From an uncultured Oscillospiraceae bacterium (GTDB lineage Bacteria; Bacillota; Clostridia; Oscillospirales; Ruminococcaceae), in the NCBI GenBank assembly GCA_964370155.1, contig CAYJIC010000001.1, positions 1-59,926 of the forward strand: DNA of 59,926 bases, given 5' to 3'. This document shows positions 27,122 to 36,143 of the stretch, piece after piece. Every line of letters begins with the position of its first letter. Within the stretch, counting starts at the first letter, position 1. Made by a program: the position numbers and the translations under genes. The notes beneath the pieces are model-generated. The model saw only the letters and a list, made by a program, of their open reading frames with translations. It had not been told where the DNA came from and searched no databases.

Positions 27122-28447
27122 ATGAAAAAAAAAGAAAATGGCAAGGCATCTCCGAAAAAACGTAGAGTGGCAAAACAAACAAAAACTACAAGGAAACAAA
27201 GAAATAATGCCAATACAAGTGATGTAATCACTCAAAAAGACAATAACGTAATTATGTATCCGGGCGTGAATCAAAACACAGAAGCCACAAGCAATACAAA
27301 ACCGGCAAAAAAGACAAAACAGCAAAATAATAGTCCAAAGCCGGCAAAACCTGCTAAAAGACGCCGACAAAGAAAAATAATGGCCGCTATCGGTCTTTTG
27401 TTTATTATAGGGATAGGCGTGTGGTTGTCTGTCACATTTTTGTTTAAAATCCAAAGGTATGATGTGAGGGGAGAAAGCCCATATACACAGCAGGAACTTG
27501 TGGCGGCATTTGGATATAGCGTGGGCGATAATCTATATGGTTTTTCAGCTGAAAATGTTCAGCAGCGTATGCAGGCGGCATTGCCGTACATAGAAACAAT
27601 ATCGGTGGGAAGAAGGCCGCCGTCTACAGTGGTGTTTGAAGTGACTCCCGCAGTAGAAGTGTATTATTTAAAGATTTCACAAGAGTTTGTGGTATTAAGT
27701 GAAAGCTATAAAGTGTTGCGCAAAGCACAAACCGAGCCAACGGATTTGATTAAGATAGAAGGCCTTGAATATATAAGAGCGGATGTAGGTAGCCAGCTGG
27801 TATTTGATACAGAAGTGGCGGATGCTGTGTCTGTGGCGCAAGAAGAACAAGAAAAAGAAGAACAAGTACAAAGTGAAGACGAACAAAGACAAGGTGATGT
27901 GCCGCCACCGCTGCCGACACCTGAAGAAGCGCTGGAAATAGCTGCGGCCGAAGCTGAACAAGAGGCTGCAGAGGGTGAAGACGACGAGAGTGTTGAAAAT
28001 TCAGAAGATGAAAGTATAGACGACGAAAGTGCAGACAGTTCCGAAAATGGCGAAAATGTTGACGATTCTGAAAACGCACAAAACGATGCGTCCGATTTAA
28101 GTGAGCAAGAAGAACAGCCACAAGAAGACGAAGAAGAACAAGAAACCGACCCGGAAGTTGCAAAAGAAAGTTTTGATGCATTTAAAGAGTTGCTAGATGA
28201 GCTGAAAGAAGCCGGCATAACAGACGTCAACTGGGTTAATGTGGAAAATCCACTGGACATACAGTTTGGTTGGCAAAATCGTGTGACAGTGAAGCTGGGC
28301 GCAAGAACAGGCCTTTCAGAAAAGCTTAAGGTTACGCATGTGCTACTTACTGACACAACACAAGGTCTTGTCATGCCGGAAGACACAGGAACACTTGATA
28401 TGCAGTATTATTTAGCAACAGGTAACGGATACTTTATGCCGCAGTAA
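27122..28447 (+). CDS. ftsQ: FtsQ/DivIB-like division protein with basic N-tail and hyper-acidic insertion
   Basis: Lys/Arg-rich tail, a TM (MAAIGLLFIIGIGVWLSVTFLF), a POTRA-like segment (IQRYDVRGESPYTQQELVAAFG), and the position between murG and ftsZ. Start is ATG 27122 or TTG 27086. Confidence 0.75.
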   Translation: MKKKENGKASPKKRRVAKQTKTTRKQRNNANTSDVITQKDNNVIMYPGVNQNTEATSNTKPAKKTKQQNNSPKPAKPAKRRRQRKIMAAIGLLFIIGIGVWLSVTFLFKIQRYDVRGESPYTQQELVAAFGYSVGDNLYGFSAENVQQRMQAALPYIETISVGRRPPSTVVFEVTPAVEVYYLKISQEFVVLSESYKVLRKAQTEPTDLIKIEGLEYIRADVGSQLVFDTEVADAVSVAQEEQEKEEQVQSEDEQRQGDVPPPLPTPEEALEIAAAEAEQEAAEGEDDESVENSEDESIDDESADSSENGENVDDSENAQNDASDLSEQEEQPQEDEEEQETDPEVAKESFDAFKELLDELKEAGITDVNWVNVENPLDIQFGWQNRVTVKLGARTGLSEKLKVTHVLLTDTTQGLVMPEDTGTLDMQYYLATGNGYFMPQ

Positions 28448-28700
28448 GTTTCGCAAAATTCGAAGAAAAGTGATGTTGATACTATATTTTGTGGTTTAGA
28501 TGACGATTTCAAGAAAAAAAACAGAGATTTTGTGTTCTTCATGCAGTAAAAGTATTGCATATAACGAGAAATTCTGTTAATGTATAGTGTAGGATATAAT
28601 ATTTTTGGATATGAATAAGCGAAGACAATTGTATTTGGTTGGTAGCATTGAGACCGGTAGGGTGATACAGACAAATATATCGTGGCAGGGAGGATAAGTT

Positions 28701-29789
28701 ATGGCTTTTGTGCTTGATGAAGAGATGCAGAATGTCACTAATATCAAAGTTGTTGGTGTGGGTGGTGGTGGCGGAAACGCAGTAAATCGCATGATAGAAT
28801 ACGGTTTGCAAGGCGTAGAGTTCATCACAATGAATACTGATCAGCAAGTGCTTTTTAGCTCGCAATCTACTCAAAAAGTGCAGCTTGGAGCAAAGCTTAC
28901 ACGTGGTAGAGGTGCAGGTGGAGACCCGGAAATTGGCCAGCGCAGTGCAGAGGAAAGCCGCGATGAGATAGCAGCGGCACTGAAAGGTGCGCAAATGGCG
29001 TTTATCACAGCCGGTATGGGCGGTGGTACAGGCACGGGCGCGGCACCGGTGGTGGCTGACATTGCTAAAGAATCAGGTATCTTGACGGTTGGCATAGTTA
29101 CAAAACCGTTTAGCTTTGAAGGTCGCATAAAAATGCAAAAAGCCGAAGAAGGCATTCGTGCGCTTTTAGAGCGTGTGGATAGCATGATTGTTATTCCAAA
29201 CGAGCGCCTTAAATTAATAAGCCAAGAAAAAATAACCATGGCAAATGCTTTTGCGGCGGCAGACAACGTGTTGCGTCAAGGCGTGGAAAGTATATCAACT
29301 TTGGTTAATGTGCCCAGCTTTATCAACCTGGATTTTGCCGATGTTCGCAGTGTAATGCGTAATGCAGGACATGCGCATATGGGTATCGGTGAGGCCAGAG
29401 GTGGTAACATGGCAGAGGATGCAGCAGAAGCAGCTATCACCAGTCCTTTGCTGGAAACAAGTATTGCGGGTGCACGAGGTGTTATCATTAACATCACTTC
29501 TTCTCCGGACGTCACATTGGAAGACATGGAACTTGCAGCACACAGAATCACCGGTGCGGCACATCCTGATGCAAATATTATCTGGGGTACTACTTTTGAC
29601 AGTGAGATGACCGATGTTATGCGTATCACTGTGGTTGCCACAGGTTTTGATAGCGTGGGTGGTAGCTTGTCGGGCGGGGCTCAGCCAATGTTCGTATTTG
29701 ATAGTGATGATGCAGAAAATGCTACTGTTCGTAGCGATGATGATTATTATTCAGACATTATTGATATCTTGAATAATAAAAATCCATAA
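28701..29789 (+). CDS. ftsZ: cell division GTPase FtsZ
   Basis: GVGGGGGNAVNRM, GGTGTGAAPV. 362 aa. Confidence 0.97.
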   Translation: MAFVLDEEMQNVTNIKVVGVGGGGGNAVNRMIEYGLQGVEFITMNTDQQVLFSSQSTQKVQLGAKLTRGRGAGGDPEIGQRSAEESRDEIAAALKGAQMAFITAGMGGGTGTGAAPVVADIAKESGILTVGIVTKPFSFEGRIKMQKAEEGIRALLERVDSMIVIPNERLKLISQEKITMANAFAAADNVLRQGVESISTLVNVPSFINLDFADVRSVMRNAGHAHMGIGEARGGNMAEDAAEAAITSPLLETSIAGARGVIINITSSPDVTLEDMELAAHRITGAAHPDANIIWGTTFDSEMTDVMRITVVATGFDSVGGSLSGGAQPMFVFDSDDAENATVRSDDDYYSDIIDILNNKNP

Positions 29790-29806
29790 TAAATATAGTT
29801 ACAAAT

Positions 29807-29840
29807 AAAAAAACGTACAGGAAAAACCTGTACGTTTTTT
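29807..29840. terminator. bidirectional intrinsic terminator after ftsZ
   Basis: AAAAAAACGTACAGG (29807-29821) pairs with CCTGTACGTTTTTT (29827-29840). Perfect stem with a 5-nt loop. Confidence 0.85.
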
Positions 29841-29858
29841 ATTTGTTGTATAGTAATG

Positions 29859-30437
29859 TTATTTTCCCACTTGGCTGGTACCTTTTTCAAGCAAATAACT
29901 GGCCTCAAGATCGGCGATGTGTAGCATGACACCTAAGGGGTAGTTACGCCAAGCTTCGCTGATGGCATAACTGCCGCCGCGCACAGCTTCGTCAAAACCA
30001 CCCATATGCCATCTGATAGCCACTGCTTCGGCAGGCTTTAAACGCAGGAAACGCTCGATAAGGAAGACGCTCTTTTCACCGTGGCCATAAGGAAAAGCAT
30101 CTTGAACACTATAAAAAGGTACTTTTTCCCATTTACCACTTGCGTCATCTTTTACATTGCGGAATCCTGACTTGTAGAAATTGGCTTTGCATAAATCATG
30201 AAGTAATCCGCAAATGGCCATGCTTTCAATATCGGCTTGTTGTGCAAAACGTGTAAGAATGACATTACATACATTTACGCTGTGCATGACAAGCCCGCTT
30301 TCACAAGCGCCATGATAGCGCGTAGATGCAGGCGCAGTGAAAAAATCTGTGGTTTTCATCCATGCCAAAAGCTCTGAAGCGCCACTTCGTGTGATATGCG
30401 TTTCAAACAGCTTGATAAATTCGGCTTTATAATCCAT
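29859..30437 (-). CDS. HD-domain hydrolase
   Basis: 192 aa. TRYHGA..H..N and LLHDLCK (the HD signature). Confidence 0.8.
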   Translation of the reverse strand: MDYKAEFIKLFETHITRSGASELLAWMKTTDFFTAPASTRYHGACESGLVMHSVNVCNVILTRFAQQADIESMAICGLLHDLCKANFYKSGFRNVKDDASGKWEKVPFYSVQDAFPYGHGEKSVFLIERFLRLKPAEAVAIRWHMGGFDEAVRGGSYAISEAWRNYPLGVMLHIADLEASYLLEKGTSQVGK

Positions 30438-30476
30438 AAAACACCACTTTCTTAATAAAAGATAATAGGGTGTAAA

Positions 30477-30701
30477 TTATTCGATTTCAAAATCTTCTAA
30501 AATATTTTTCAAGGTAACAAGCTCCTCTTCGGTTAGAGAAACACCTTTACCCATCTTGCTGCCGTCAGGGCTCCAGTCACGGATATCATATTTTGGGTCT
30601 CTTTCGTTCCAGCTAATCATGTTTAGTTGCTTTTCCCATCCTTTGGGGTTGATGCCTAAAACAGCGATGCGTTGTGTTATTTCGTATTTAAATTCAGCCA
30701 T
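30477..30701 (-). CDS. YdbC-like (PC4-fold) small protein
   Basis: 74 aa. GWEKQLNMISWNERDPKYDIRDWSPD..MGKGVSLTEEE resembles the YdbC family as I recall it. Confidence 0.55.
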   Translation of the reverse strand: MAEFKYEITQRIAVLGINPKGWEKQLNMISWNERDPKYDIRDWSPDGSKMGKGVSLTEEELVTLKNILEDFEIE

Positions 30702-30755
30702 GTACAGATCCTCCTATATGTTTTTATGTAAATTTGAAAGCTGTGGTATAAAAGT

Positions 30756-31400
30756 TTATATATCGGTATGGCGCATCCTGAAACCTAAACTTTGCAAGCT
30801 GTCGCCCAAATGAACGTTCTCTACCGGAAGATCGGGTGCCAGCGATGCAAAATCATAATGCGAAAAGTTCCAAAATCCTTGCAAACCTAAAGTGAGCAAG
30901 GTAGGTGCCATCGCAGAAGCGCTTTTTTCAGGTATGCACAAAACGGCCAATTGAGGCTGGTGCAATTTACAATAATCAGACAATCCGGCGATGTCTTGAA
31001 CGGTTAAGTTGCCAAGAGATGTGCCGATTTGATATTCGGCGTTGTCAAAGGCAGCTACCAAGCTGAAACCTTGCACTGTGTTGTCTAAAAACCCGGATAT
31101 AGCTCTGCCTAGGCGTCCGCTACCTATTAAAATAGCGGATAAGTTTGAAGAGCCTATCAAAAGATCATGCAAAGCTGAGGCCAATAAATCCACACGATAA
31201 CCTACACCTTGCTGCCCGAATCCACCGAAACAGTTGAGGTCCTGACGCACTTGGCTGGCGGTGGTGCCTAAAAAAGCTCCAAGGTCACTGGAAGACACGG
31301 TGGAAACACCGGATTTTTGCAGCTGAAGAACATGACGATAGTATCTAGGCAGGCGCTTGATAACAGGTAATGAAATTTTGTTTTGTGAGTTGTTTTGCAT
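30756..31400 (-). CDS. rex: redox-sensing transcriptional repressor Rex
   Basis: VIKRLPRYYRHL-type N-terminal wHTH and the Rossmann motif ILIGSGRLGRAI. Start ATG 31400 follows GGAGA (31406-31410). Confidence 0.9.
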   Translation of the reverse strand: MQNNSQNKISLPVIKRLPRYYRHVLQLQKSGVSTVSSSDLGAFLGTTASQVRQDLNCFGGFGQQGVGYRVDLLASALHDLLIGSSNLSAILIGSGRLGRAISGFLDNTVQGFSLVAAFDNAEYQIGTSLGNLTVQDIAGLSDYCKLHQPQLAVLCIPEKSASAMAPTLLTLGLQGFWNFSHYDFASLAPDLPVENVHLGDSLQSLGFRMRHTDI

Positions 31401-31472
31401 ACCAATCTCCATTATTTAATATAAATAGTTGAAGAAACGACGGATATAAGTATTAAGCAATAAGCATATAAG

Positions 31473-32843
31473 TTAGCCATTTGATTTGGGTTTTGCATTG
31501 AAAATCAAATCAGAAAATTCAATAAAGTTTTGGTTTCCATCCCAATAGTCTTGCTTGGAAATAAGAGCATATTGTAGCATGCTGGCATATCCTTCAGTAG
31601 CGGTGTCATCCATTCCTGGAACAGTAATATAAGGGATTTTGGTTTTGTCTGCCCACGCTTGACCGTAGCTTAGAAGGAAATAATTGCTATTTTCCGCGCA
31701 AATGGTGATGTTGTCGCCAAGCCTATCCAAGGGTACATTTTGAGCCTCACCTGTTTCGATATCCACCGTGTAATCTTCCAGGTAGTTGCTGGTAGAAAAC
31801 TGAATGCGTAGTTTGCCGTCTACAATAGTATTATTGATGGAGGCCTGAACGTAGCCGCTGGGTGCAAACCCTTGCGCCAGTATATATTGCTCGTCAGTGT
31901 TTGCGTCAATACGTAAAACACCAAGTTGGGCATCATCCCATATGTAAACAATATTATCTTGTACACTTACTGATTGAGATTGTGTCCATGAGAAGACTTC
32001 ACGTCCAATGCCTGTGTACATGCCTTGGGCATATAATGTGAACTGTCTGCTTTCCCATGCTTCGTTAAAGTTGGGATCGTCTACAGGCGGAAGCACAGTG
32101 GTAACTTGTACAAGTGGGCCCATCTCCCAATGACCCTTGATGCTGTATTCATATCCGGGCTCGAACCGACGCACTTCTTCATATGTCATGCTGGTGGTAT
32201 CAAGCTGAACTAAAATAGTGGACAAGCTATCGTTTACAGGTTGGTTCATAAGAAAATAGAGCATGGAAGATTCCATCAAAACACCACTTTGGGATACAAA
32301 CGACCAGTCGCTTGGAAATATACAAGATAAAGGTGAAGTGCCGTCTGGCTCAAAACGGATTATGGAAGGATGGGATTTTCCACCAAGAGATGCATCGTTT
32401 GTACCTAAATGGAATAAATATAGTTTATCACTAATATATTTTGGAATCAACGTACCTGAAATGTTTTCCACACCACCTAAAACAGAGGTGTCTTGTTTTG
32501 AGGGGTTTTCAAGTGCGCGCATTTCCAAAGTGGCATAATCGAAATACAAAATATCAGCTGTGGAATCGGCATAAGAAGCCAAAGTGTATCCACCGTTTTC
32601 GCTACCGGTGTATAGGCTTGTCAGCCCGGAAGCAGCACTGACAAGGTTCATTGGCACGTCTTCGGCCGTGGTTTCGGCAATATCAGATGTAGAAGAAGCA
32701 TCGTCTTGTGTCCCCGTAGCTGCGCCTTCTTGGGTGGGTGCAGCCATGATTATGGAGCGTGAAGACGCACTTTCGCCGGCACACCCACAAAATAATAACG
32801 CAACACTTAAAATTAAGAGTGATGCTTTTTTATATAAGTTCAT
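31473..32843 (-). CDS. lipoprotein of unknown function
   Basis: MNLYKKASLLILSVALLFCGCAG lipobox. 456 aa with no catalytic motif recognised. Confidence 0.75.
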   Translation of the reverse strand: MNLYKKASLLILSVALLFCGCAGESASSRSIIMAAPTQEGAATGTQDDASSTSDIAETTAEDVPMNLVSAASGLTSLYTGSENGGYTLASYADSTADILYFDYATLEMRALENPSKQDTSVLGGVENISGTLIPKYISDKLYLFHLGTNDASLGGKSHPSIIRFEPDGTSPLSCIFPSDWSFVSQSGVLMESSMLYFLMNQPVNDSLSTILVQLDTTSMTYEEVRRFEPGYEYSIKGHWEMGPLVQVTTVLPPVDDPNFNEAWESRQFTLYAQGMYTGIGREVFSWTQSQSVSVQDNIVYIWDDAQLGVLRIDANTDEQYILAQGFAPSGYVQASINNTIVDGKLRIQFSTSNYLEDYTVDIETGEAQNVPLDRLGDNITICAENSNYFLLSYGQAWADKTKIPYITVPGMDDTATEGYASMLQYALISKQDYWDGNQNFIEFSDLIFNAKPKSNG

Positions 32844-32891
32844 TTTTGTCTCCGAAGCATAAAGAAAATTTTGATAATAGAAAACATGAAT

Positions 32892-34826
32892 TTATTTTGC
32901 GTTTTCACGAGTATAATTCAAAAGTCCGCCAGCTTTGATAATGTCGATCTGACGAGCAGAAATGTCGCAATTCAGAGTGATTTGCTTGCCGGTGGCATTG
33001 TTTGTAAGGACTAAAGAGCCTTTGCTGAGTCCTGAAACAATACCACTTAAAGTGACGGTGTCCATCTCGCCGATGTCGGCTAAATCAGCCTCGTTTGCAA
33101 ACTCCAGCGGTAATATACCGGCGTTGACTAGGTTTGCCTTATGAATACGTGCAAAACTTTGAACAATAACAGCGCGAATACCAAGATATAGCGGAACCAA
33201 TGCGGCGTGCTCACGAGAAGAGCCTTGGCCATAGTTTTGACCACCGATGATAAATCCACCGTCTGCGCTGTCTAAAGCACGGTTTGGGAAATTGGGGTCA
33301 ACGCCTTCAAAGCAATACTGAGAAAGATGGGGGATATTACTACGGAAAGGCAGTATTTTTGCACCGGCCGGCATAATATGATCGGTGGTGATGTTATCGC
33401 CTACTTTTAACAGAACAGGCAAAGTGAGGTTATCAGGCAAAGACTTTGCTTGCGGCAAGGGCTTGATATTTGGGCCACGAACAATCTCTACTGATTCATA
33501 CTCAGCCTCGGAAGCCGGCAAATCTATCATGTTATCGTTGATGGTGAATTCTTTAGGCATATCAAAGCTATCTATTGCGGGCAAGGTACGTGGGTCGGTG
33601 ATGTGTCCGCATAACGCAGCCGCCACAGCAACTTCGGGGCTGACAAGGTACACTTGCGCGTCTGCAGTTCCGCTTCTACCTTCAAAGTTACGATTGAAAG
33701 TACGTAGAGATACACCACCACTTGGTGGACTTTGACCCATACCGATGCAAGGTCCACATGTGCATTCCAGCAAGCGCGCACCACTGCCGAGTATGTCTGC
33801 CAAAGCACCGTTTTCGCTTAGCATCTCAAGAACTTGACGACTACCGGGCGAGATGGTGAGAGAAACGGTATCTTTCACAGTTTTACCTTTCAGCATGCGT
33901 GCCACTGTCATTAAATCGGCCAAAGAAGAGTTGGTGCAGCTGCCGATACATACTTGGTCTACTTTTATGTGTGAAAGCTCTGTTACTGCAACTACGGCGT
34001 CGGGACTGTGCGGACATGCCGCCAATGGCACTAGTGTAGAAAGATCGATGGTGTAACGCTCGTCATACACAGCATCATCGTCGGCACACAGTGGTGCAAA
34101 ATCTTTTTCTCTACCTTGTGCTGCAAGGAACAAGCGCGTGTTTTCATCCGAGGGGAACAAAGATGTGGTCGCGCCCAGCTCGGCGCCCATGTTTGTGATG
34201 GTGGCACGCTGAGGAACGCTTAAAGATGCCACGCCTTCGCCGGTATACTCAATGATTTTACCAACGCCACCCTTCACAGAAAGAAGACGCAGTACTTCAA
34301 GAATGATATCTTTTGCGCTGACAAATGCAGGCAAGCTACCCAAAAGCTCGATGCGTACGGATTTTGGGTATGGGATATAGTATGCGCCACCGCCCATGGC
34401 CACGGCTACATCAAGTCCACCGCTTCCCATGGCAAGCATGCCGATGCCACCGGCTGTTGGGGTATGGCTGTCGCTACCAATAAGGGTTTTGCCGGGTATG
34501 GCAAAGCGCTCAAGGTGTACCTGATGGCAAATACCGCATCCGGGACGTGCATATCGTACCCCTATTTTTTTTGTAAGAGTGCGAATGAAAGCATGGTCAT
34601 CGGCGTTCATGAATCCACTTTGAAGGGTGTTGTGGTCGATATATGCCACGGAAAGCTCGGTTTTCACACGTGGGATGCCCATAGCCTCGAACTCCAAATA
34701 TGCCATGGTTCCTGTGGCATCTTGGGTAAGGGTTTGGTCTATACGCAGACCTACTTCATTCCCGGCAGACATTTGCCCATCCACCAGGTGCGCAGAAATT
34801 ATTTTTTGTGCCATGGTTTGACTCAT
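32892..34826 (-). CDS. aconitate hydratase (about 640-aa single-chain type)
   Basis: DQTLTQDATG, GSDSHT, IGSCTNS, CGPCIGMG, and a swivel domain with GQNYGQGSSREHAA. ATG 34826 lies 6 nt after AGGAGA; the track start 34832 abuts the SD. Confidence 0.92.
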   Translation of the reverse strand: MSQTMAQKIISAHLVDGQMSAGNEVGLRIDQTLTQDATGTMAYLEFEAMGIPRVKTELSVAYIDHNTLQSGFMNADDHAFIRTLTKKIGVRYARPGCGICHQVHLERFAIPGKTLIGSDSHTPTAGGIGMLAMGSGGLDVAVAMGGGAYYIPYPKSVRIELLGSLPAFVSAKDIILEVLRLLSVKGGVGKIIEYTGEGVASLSVPQRATITNMGAELGATTSLFPSDENTRLFLAAQGREKDFAPLCADDDAVYDERYTIDLSTLVPLAACPHSPDAVVAVTELSHIKVDQVCIGSCTNSSLADLMTVARMLKGKTVKDTVSLTISPGSRQVLEMLSENGALADILGSGARLLECTCGPCIGMGQSPPSGGVSLRTFNRNFEGRSGTADAQVYLVSPEVAVAAALCGHITDPRTLPAIDSFDMPKEFTINDNMIDLPASEAEYESVEIVRGPNIKPLPQAKSLPDNLTLPVLLKVGDNITTDHIMPAGAKILPFRSNIPHLSQYCFEGVDPNFPNRALDSADGGFIIGGQNYGQGSSREHAALVPLYLGIRAVIVQSFARIHKANLVNAGILPLEFANEADLADIGEMDTVTLSGIVSGLSKGSLVLTNNATGKQITLNCDISARQIDIIKAGGLLNYTRENAK

Positions 34827-34936
34827 AAACATTCTCCTATACTATATAAAATAGAAAATAGCCTCTGTAAAAACAGGGCCAATATATATTAAAAGCACGT
34901 ACATGTGTGTAACAAAAAACAACCTTTTGTCTAATT

Positions 34937-34965
34937 ACTATACTGTATATATATAGGATTGTCAA
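34937..34965 (-). promoter_or_regulatory. candidate promoter of the aconitase gene
   Basis: On the minus strand: TTGACA (34965-34960), 17 nt, TATAGT (34942-34937). Confidence 0.55.
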
Positions 34966-35026
34966 TTATGTGTGAGCACAGCGGCTGCAAGTGTGAAAAA
35001 GCAGGGTTGTTTTATCATGTGGCGCT

Positions 35027-35054
35027 TTGCCTTATGGGTAAAATGTGGTATAAT
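35027..35054 (+). promoter_or_regulatory. candidate extended -10 promoter of uppP
   Basis: TTGCCT (35027-35032), 16 nt, TGg-TATAAT (35046-35054). Confidence 0.5.
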
Positions 35055-35123
35055 AAATTTTGGTATATAAATGTGAAATGTTGATGTAAACTGCCTAGTT
35101 TGTGGCATTAAAAGGATGGTTAA

Positions 35124-36074
35124 ATGACAATTTTAGATGGACTGTTAATGGGGATAATCCAAGGCCTAACAGAGTTTTTACCTGTTAGTAGCAGTGGACA
35201 TCTTTCATTATATCAATATATCGTAGGCACCGGCGATGAAGGCGGATTGTTTTTTTCATTGATGTTGCATTTAGGAACGTTGGCTTCGGTTATTGCGGCT
35301 TATTATGAAGATCTTTGGAAAATGGCGAAAGAAGTAGTGGAGCTTTGCAAAGAGCTGTTTTCGGGTCAATTTACATTCAAAACAGATAACACACATAGAA
35401 AGCTTTTATATATGCTGTTTTTTGCGTGTTTACCGCTGTTTTTGATTTTGCCCATCAATCAACTTGTCAGCAACGTGTCCTCGGATTCAGATATTGTGGT
35501 GGAAGGTGTTTGCTTCTTAATAACAGCGGCATTGCTATTTTTAGCGTGTAAAGCACCAAAAGGCAAGGCAGGGATTCGAAGTATGAAACCAATGCACGCC
35601 ATGATTATAGGTGTGTTTCAGGCAGTGGCGTCATTTCCGGGCATATCACGTTCAGGTGCCACCATATCATCGGGATTGGTACTGGGATTTAACAGAGAAA
35701 TAATGGTGAAGTTCTCTTTTCTTTTAGGAATTCCTGCTATTTTGGGCGGTGTGGTATTTGAAATTTCAGATGCAGTAGCAGAAAATGCAGAAGTGCAGTT
35801 TCTTCCACTGGTGGTAGGGGTTGTTGCCTCGGCAGTGGTGGGATATGGCGCGATAAGACTTATCGGATATTTAGTACTTAGCAATAAGTTTGTGATTTTT
35901 GCATGGTACACTTTGATTTTAGGAATTATCGTTATTGTGCTGGGCATTATAGGTCATATAGCAGGTTGGGGAGATGGAATGTCAGCATCTTCTGAAATGG
36001 CAAGCAGTGTGGCGGCTTCGGTTTCTGCTGCATCTGAGTCCATGTCACAAATATCGAGCTCGACGGCTGCTTAA
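35124..36074 (+). CDS. uppP: undecaprenyl-diphosphate phosphatase with Ser/Ala-rich C-terminal tail
   Basis: GIIQGLTEFLPVSSSGHL, PGISRSGATIS. About 36 extra C-terminal residues of low complexity. Confidence 0.92.
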   Translation: MTILDGLLMGIIQGLTEFLPVSSSGHLSLYQYIVGTGDEGGLFFSLMLHLGTLASVIAAYYEDLWKMAKEVVELCKELFSGQFTFKTDNTHRKLLYMLFFACLPLFLILPINQLVSNVSSDSDIVVEGVCFLITAALLFLACKAPKGKAGIRSMKPMHAMIIGVFQAVASFPGISRSGATISSGLVLGFNREIMVKFSFLLGIPAILGGVVFEISDAVAENAEVQFLPLVVGVVASAVVGYGAIRLIGYLVLSNKFVIFAWYTLILGIIVIVLGIIGHIAGWGDGMSASSEMASSVAASVSAASESMSQISSSTAA

Positions 36075-36143
36075 ATAAGCATAGTGCTATAAACATACGT
36101 GAAGATGATATTTAGAAACGTGAAATAGGAGAAATGTAGGTTA

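Noticed and set aside
27706-28386. Long antisense ORFs (226 aa, 143 aa, 88 aa) opposite the ftsQ acidic region.
   Set aside because: They are a by-product of the GAA/GAC/GAG-rich low-complexity coding strand. They give Ser/Cys/Leu-rich nonsense proteins and have no SD. The sense strand has clear FtsQ context.
28500-28580. 26-codon ORF MTISRKKTEILCSSCSKSIAYNEKFC in the ftsQ-ftsZ spacer.
   Set aside because: No SD-like sequence precedes the ATG and there are only three Cys residues. It cannot be distinguished from chance in AT-rich DNA.
34833-35123. Rex operator (TTGTGAA-N6-TTCACAA or TTGTTAA-N4-TTAACAA type) near the aconitase, uppP or rex promoters.
   Set aside because: A visual scan of this region and of 31413-31472 found no convincing inverted repeat of that type. 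A PWM scan would be needed to be sure.
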